Source of the DNA: an uncultured Candidatus Binatia bacterium
Lineage (GTDB): Bacteria; Desulfobacterota; Binatia; UBA9968; CAXXLF01
DNA: 64,000 nucleotides
Assembly (NCBI GenBank): GCA_965218425.1
Contig: OZ244621.1
Span: forward strand, 4,256,001-4,320,000
Direction of reading: 5' to 3'
Both the position numbers and the translations under genes were made by a program. The notes beneath the pieces are model-generated. The model made no database searches. It worked only from the letters and a program-made list of their open reading frames with translations, and was not told where the DNA came from. Each line of letters opens with the position of its first letter. The stretch's first letter is position 1. Below, one piece after another: positions 59,716 to 64,000 of the stretch.

Positions 59716-60138
59716 TCATGGACTCTTGACGCAGGCAACGACCACGGCGGCAAACCGCCCCTCTTTCAAACCAACAGGCGCGGCATTGAATACGTGGGAT
59801 GACGGCCGGCTGTCGGGGTCCGCGAAGATCCGGTGGAATTCCTTCCGAACTAGCGCGGAGTGGGCTATCTCATCCGCCACATAGAAGGTGAGGTCGATGA
59901 TTTCTTTTACGGACCCGCCTGCCGCTTTCATGAAGCCTGTGATATGGCGAAAGAGCATGGCTACCTCGCCCTCAGCAGACGCAGGATAACTGGATGTGAA
60001 CTCGTCACGACCAGCCAGTAGAGATGAATGAACCAGTTGCCCTTGACCCCGCCACGGAATCTTGACCCCTGACGGAACTTCTAACCCAATATTCGCTACT
60101 CCCGCACGGTAGTCGATCACGCGTCTTTCGCTTGCCAT
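59716..60138 (-). CDS. Divergent RidA/YjgF-family protein
   Basis: Paralog of 55542: LFRHITGFMKAAGGSVKEII.LTFYV...DPDSRPSSH. Confidence 0.75.
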   Translation of the reverse strand: MASERRVIDYRAGVANIGLEVPSGVKIPWRGQGQLVHSSLLAGRDEFTSSYPASAEGEVAMLFRHITGFMKAAGGSVKEIIDLTFYVADEIAHSALVRKEFHRIFADPDSRPSSHVFNAAPVGLKEGRFAAVVVACVKSP

Positions 60139-60205
60139 TTAGCACCTCGTGAAGATGTTTCCCCCCTACGCTTTGCTGCGCCTCCATGGAGCCACCGGAT
60201 TCGAG

Positions 60206-60961
60206 CTACAGAACCGCCATGGCCACTACAGAGAAAAACTCGCCAGCGTGCAGTGCCTGTGGTCGCACGTACGTCTGGCGGGCCGGCAGGTTCATGACGT
60301 CAGGCCACAGCCGGGCCCAGGGCTCATCGAATGCCTTGCGACAGCTCTCGGAGTGAAGCAAACCCGACACGTTGAGGATGCTATCCAGCGTACCGTCGTG
60401 GGCTTCCACCCATTTTCTGATCTGGTCGAACATGGTCGTGGACTGTTCGAAAGGACTGGTTGATAGGGCCCCGGTTGCAGGATCACGGCCTGTGAAGGTC
60501 GGAGAGTATATTAGCCTTCCTTTGGCGTCTCCAGACGCCGCGCGACCCGGTAACACAGCCATCGCGGTTGCAGCCATGGGCCAGTGACGGTGAACACCCT
60601 CTGGATAGACGTTGAGGATACGACAGGCTGGTCGATTGCTAGGGTCTTGGAACATCGCCTGCCATTGTCGCCGAATCGATGATGTTACATTGCCATCGGT
60701 ATCATCTCGGTTGAGGTAGATGGCGAAGTCGATAATATGGTCGACTGTTCCACCGGCTGCCTCAACGTTGCGGCGTATGCGTCGAAAGAGCCACTCGGCG
60801 TCCTCTTCTAGAGTACCCTCGCCAACCTTTGTTGGCCGCGCGTTACTGGTGGGTCCGCATAGCGAAGTATACAGGAGGTCGCCGACGATGGTTAACTCCG
60901 GCACTGGGGACCCAGGACGCCGGTGACCCTCTACCTCCAGGACCTCTCTCATTACGGTCAT
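60206..60961 (-). CDS. Two-domain RidA/YjgF-family protein
   Basis: Repeated unit (VEAAGGTVDHII...RPACR; VEAHDGTLDSIL...LPARQ). Confidence 0.75.
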   Translation of the reverse strand: MTVMREVLEVEGHRRPGSPVPELTIVGDLLYTSLCGPTSNARPTKVGEGTLEEDAEWLFRRIRRNVEAAGGTVDHIIDFAIYLNRDDTDGNVTSSIRRQWQAMFQDPSNRPACRILNVYPEGVHRHWPMAATAMAVLPGRAASGDAKGRLIYSPTFTGRDPATGALSTSPFEQSTTMFDQIRKWVEAHDGTLDSILNVSGLLHSESCRKAFDEPWARLWPDVMNLPARQTYVRPQALHAGEFFSVVAMAVL

Positions 60962-60976
60962 CTGTCCTCCTCCTAG

Positions 60977-62140
60977 CTAGCGAGTGCGACGTACCAGACG
61001 TAAGCCTTCTGACAGGTTGGTGTCGATGATCTCATGATCTGGGTCTCTCACCACCGCCAGCGGATCAAGCCCTTGTCTGACCTTCTCGATGTTATCTTTT
61101 AACATATGACGGTACAGTACGATGCCACGATCAGAACCGCCCAAATGCTCCGCTGTTCGGTTCGAGATAGGCCCCTGGGTCTCCCACGCCATATGATCTT
61201 GTGCAGCAAAAACCCTGGATTCGGGTGGTAACTTGAACCGCGTATTGGGGTGTATCCCATACGGGGGATCTTTGTATGCAGGATTATACGTGACCGCCGA
61301 CTCTTGGTTCTCCGTCAATTCGCGGTCATCTGATGGAATAAATTGAACACGAAAGATCATCGTTTGGGTATCATCCACCGGCACTCTTATCTGGGTCCCA
61401 TCACCTTGCCTAAGAACGTTGGGAAAGATCAGAGGATGATCGTCACCGGCACCAGCACCCGTACCCTCCTTCCACACACGGCGCTTCATAATTCCGTACG
61501 GGACCAGATAGAATTCGAATTCCTCCACCAACTCAGTGAGGCCTACCGTCGTATCCCTCGCTTTTCCCCTGGTTCGAATTAACTCTTGGTGCAGTACAGA
61601 TGAGTGGGCAGGATCTACAGAGTTTTCCATGGCCTGGAGCCAGTTACAGTCCAGATGGGGATCCACTTGGATGTGGCGGTGGCCATCAGATCGGGCCCAA
61701 ACATCGTATTTAGGAATCACCGGCGCAGGCAGTGGACCCATGTAGGCCCAATACAGCCCGATATGCTTTTTCACTGGATAGGCCTTTTGTCGAACCGAAT
61801 CCATAATCCCCGTGTTTCGCTCTGCCGGTGTCGCAATGATTTTTCCCTCTGTATCATACAGCCATCCGTGGTACGCACATGCGAGCCCCCGCTCCTCAAC
61901 TCGCCCGTACAGCAGGGACGCGCCTCGATGTGCACAGTGCTCAGCGAGCAAGCCGACACGTCCGCGCTTGTCCCGGAAAAGCACCAGGTCTTCTCCAAGC
62001 ACCCGGACGAACCTCGTCGGATGCTCTTCATTCAACTCTTGTGCAACAGCAATGGGATGCCAGTAACGGCGCAGGAGCTCTCCCGCAGGTGTGCCCGGGC
62101 CGATCTGGGTTAACAATTCGTTTTCTTCTCTTGTCAACAT
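60977..62140 (-). CDS. Rieske oxygenase alpha subunit
   Basis: IGPGTPAGELLRRYWHP; CAHRG...CAYHGW; ENSVDPAHSSVLH; QDHMAWETQG. Confidence 0.92.
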   Translation of the reverse strand: MLTREENELLTQIGPGTPAGELLRRYWHPIAVAQELNEEHPTRFVRVLGEDLVLFRDKRGRVGLLAEHCAHRGASLLYGRVEERGLACAYHGWLYDTEGKIIATPAERNTGIMDSVRQKAYPVKKHIGLYWAYMGPLPAPVIPKYDVWARSDGHRHIQVDPHLDCNWLQAMENSVDPAHSSVLHQELIRTRGKARDTTVGLTELVEEFEFYLVPYGIMKRRVWKEGTGAGAGDDHPLIFPNVLRQGDGTQIRVPVDDTQTMIFRVQFIPSDDRELTENQESAVTYNPAYKDPPYGIHPNTRFKLPPESRVFAAQDHMAWETQGPISNRTAEHLGGSDRGIVLYRHMLKDNIEKVRQGLDPLAVVRDPDHEIIDTNLSEGLRLVRRTR

Positions 62141-62229
62141 TTAAGCCTCCCAGGTCTGTATTATCTGGAGAACGAAGGTTCGGTATTTAATCGCATGGCC
62201 ATGCAGGGCCTCTTCCGACCACGTCTGAT

Positions 62230-63246
62230 CTAACTCCAGTGTGCGAAAGCCATGGCACAGCCGGTACCCGCCGTTGTCCGGTAGCAGGGAACATAGTCGA
62301 CCATCTCCATCTCACGGTTGTCGTTTCCCATGGCCCCTCCCAAAACTACCCAAGCCTTGGTTTCGGAGGTTCCATCGACAAAAATTTCCTCTGGGAAACT
62401 GGTGAGCCTGGCCTCATCGCGATTTCGCATCGCTGAGAGAAAGTCGCGATCGAACTCCTCGTTAATAACCATGTGACTCAGGCCTCCCGAACCCACAATG
62501 GCAACTCTCGCATCGCTTTCCCATGATTCGATAGCGCCGCGGAGCGTCTTACCGAGGGCATAACATCGCTTGACGGTCGGCTGATTAGGTGGGTAGTAGG
62601 TATTAATGTGAATGGGCACTAGCGGGATCTTGCTACTCATCATACGTCTACATAAAAACTCAAAGCTATTGCTTATGCTGATTCCCTCTTGCAAAGCGTT
62701 AGTATGGGAGATATCAAACCCGTCATTGACCAGCTTTTCCACCATATGCCTACCTAGGTCCGGGCAGCCCGGATAAACATAATTGGCCATGCTCTTGCCC
62801 CTCGCAGACTCCCCCGTAGCAGCGCTGGCGTCATCAGATCCTTGTCCAGACGGGGTACCGCGCAACGGGAGGACGGTCATAGAATCACCCCAATAGATGT
62901 CAATTGCCGGCATGTGATCCGAGGAGAAAACCTCTTTGTGGTCTTCGCCAATCACCACAAGAACATCAGGTGAGACCCGCTCCATCTTTTCCCTCAGCAT
63001 CGTTATCGCCCGCTGGCAAGCGGCATGTCTCATGGCCACCTTCTCAGGAGTAATCTCCGCACCAATCCATCCCGCTTTTTGTCGAGAGAGTTCTTCAAAA
63101 TCTCCAAGTCCGACTCCGCCTCGCTCTTTCGCTAAAGCAAGACGCCTTTTGTCCAGTTCGAGCCCCTTGGTGGACAACCAAACCTGTACTGAACTATGAA
63201 GTGATGGACTGTGGGACGTTCCAATACCAAGCACTACTGTAGCCAT
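62230..63246 (-). CDS. DesZ/LigZ-type extradiol dioxygenase
   Basis: GTSHSP, GEDHKE, NTYYPPNQPT, SGGLSH, GTSETKAW, YRTTAGTGC. Confidence 0.85.
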   Translation of the reverse strand: MATVVLGIGTSHSPSLHSSVQVWLSTKGLELDKRRLALAKERGGVGLGDFEELSRQKAGWIGAEITPEKVAMRHAACQRAITMLREKMERVSPDVLVVIGEDHKEVFSSDHMPAIDIYWGDSMTVLPLRGTPSGQGSDDASAATGESARGKSMANYVYPGCPDLGRHMVEKLVNDGFDISHTNALQEGISISNSFEFLCRRMMSSKIPLVPIHINTYYPPNQPTVKRCYALGKTLRGAIESWESDARVAIVGSGGLSHMVINEEFDRDFLSAMRNRDEARLTSFPEEIFVDGTSETKAWVVLGGAMGNDNREMEMVDYVPCYRTTAGTGCAMAFAHWS

Positions 63247-63298
63247 TGTAATCTTCTCCTTCGATTAACGAAGCTTCGCTGGCTTTGAGACGGCAAGG

Positions 63299-64000
63299 TC
63301 AAGCGCCACTTCGGGCCCTATGGCCGGAGCCCAAACGCAGGGTCCCTGTCAGGCCGGTATCAATAATCTCATGATGAGGGTCTCTAACAATGCCTATTGG
63401 ATCCTGGCCGTTTTTTATTTTCTCGATCTCTCGCTTTAGCAATTCACGAAATATGACGACTCCGCGGTCTCCTGTCCCAAGCCGCTCATGTTCCCGATCG
63501 GCAATTGGCCCTTGGGTTTCCCACGCCATAAAGTCCTGAGCCGCTATATCACGCAACATGTCAAAACGCGTCCAGGGATGCAGGGCGTTAGCTGGTTCCT
63601 TGTACGGCGCGTCATAATTGACAGTTATCTGTTCGTCTGTCTCATAGACGATTTCGCCGTCCTCACTGGGGCTGAAACCGATTCGAATATACCAGGTATG
63701 CTCGTCGTCGATGGGGACTCGGATCTGTGTGTTGCTCCCCTGGCGAAGCATGTTGGGGAAGATGAGCGGGTGGGATTCGGCGCGCCCGTTCTTCCAGACT
63801 CGGGTCTTCATAATACCGATGGGAACCTCGTCGTATCGCCACTCGGCTATCCCTTCGGTGAATCCTCGTGTGGATCCACTCGGTGTCGTGCTTGCGTGAT
63901 GCCGAAGGAATTCCTGGTGCAGTATGTAGGCGTGAGGCCCGTCAACGGAGTTCTCCATCGCTTGCATCCAGTTGCAATCGAGAATCGGCTGGACGACGAC
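63299..64000 (-). CDS. Rieske oxygenase alpha subunit, C-terminal part (5' end beyond window)
   Basis: DCNWMQAMENSVDGPHAYILH, QDFMAWETQG, ERLGTGDRGV; close paralog of 60977. Confidence 0.9.
   Translation of the reverse strand, partial: VVVQPILDCNWMQAMENSVDGPHAYILHQEFLRHHASTTPSGSTRGFTEGIAEWRYDEVPIGIMKTRVWKNGRAESHPLIFPNMLRQGSNTQIRVPIDDEHTWYIRIGFSPSEDGEIVYETDEQITVNYDAPYKEPANALHPWTRFDMLRDIAAQDFMAWETQGPIADREHERLGTGDRGVVIFRELLKREIEKIKNGQDPIGIVRDPHHEIIDTGLTGTLRLGSGHRARSGA

Noticed and set aside
1..64000. rRNA, tRNA, CRISPR arrays, known riboswitches
   Set aside because: None recognised by eye. A covariance-model search would be needed to exclude small RNAs.

Overview
A dense, almost entirely minus-strand bacterial catabolic island for aerobic breakdown of aromatic or heteroaromatic compounds, built from heavily expanded paralog families. 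It holds 8 Rieske non-heme iron oxygenase alpha subunits (7 phthalate-4,5-dioxygenase/LigX-like, 1 CarAa/OxoO-like), 4 single-chain LigB/DesZ-type extradiol dioxygenases, 6 bicupins (2 gentisate-1,2-dioxygenase-like), 2 OphB-like dihydrodiol dehydrogenases, 2 OphC-like decarboxylases, a UbiD, a NahE/PhdJ-like hydratase-aldolase, a LigJ-like amidohydrolase and an M29/NicX-fold protein. Transport genes comprise 9 related ABC substrate-binding proteins (2 broken) and 3 FbpB-type permeases. Several families do not fit textbook pathways: 3 PanB-like proteins that all lack the catalytic Glu, 3 divergent Rid/YjgF proteins, 2 signal-less TAXI-fold proteins each directly upstream of a Rieske gene, and an overlapping active/degenerate pair of heme-oxygenase-like (CADD/PqqC/TenA) genes. 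I saw no oxygenase reductase or ferredoxin, no ABC ATPase and no transcription regulator in the 64 kb. There are four IS elements (partial IS3, complete IS3 splitting an SBP gene, decayed IS481-like, IS630), a RAYT fragment, three unannotated gene relics in intergenic DNA and two repeated non-coding elements. No rRNA, tRNA or CRISPR array was seen. Family calls come from motif recognition by eye, not database searches.
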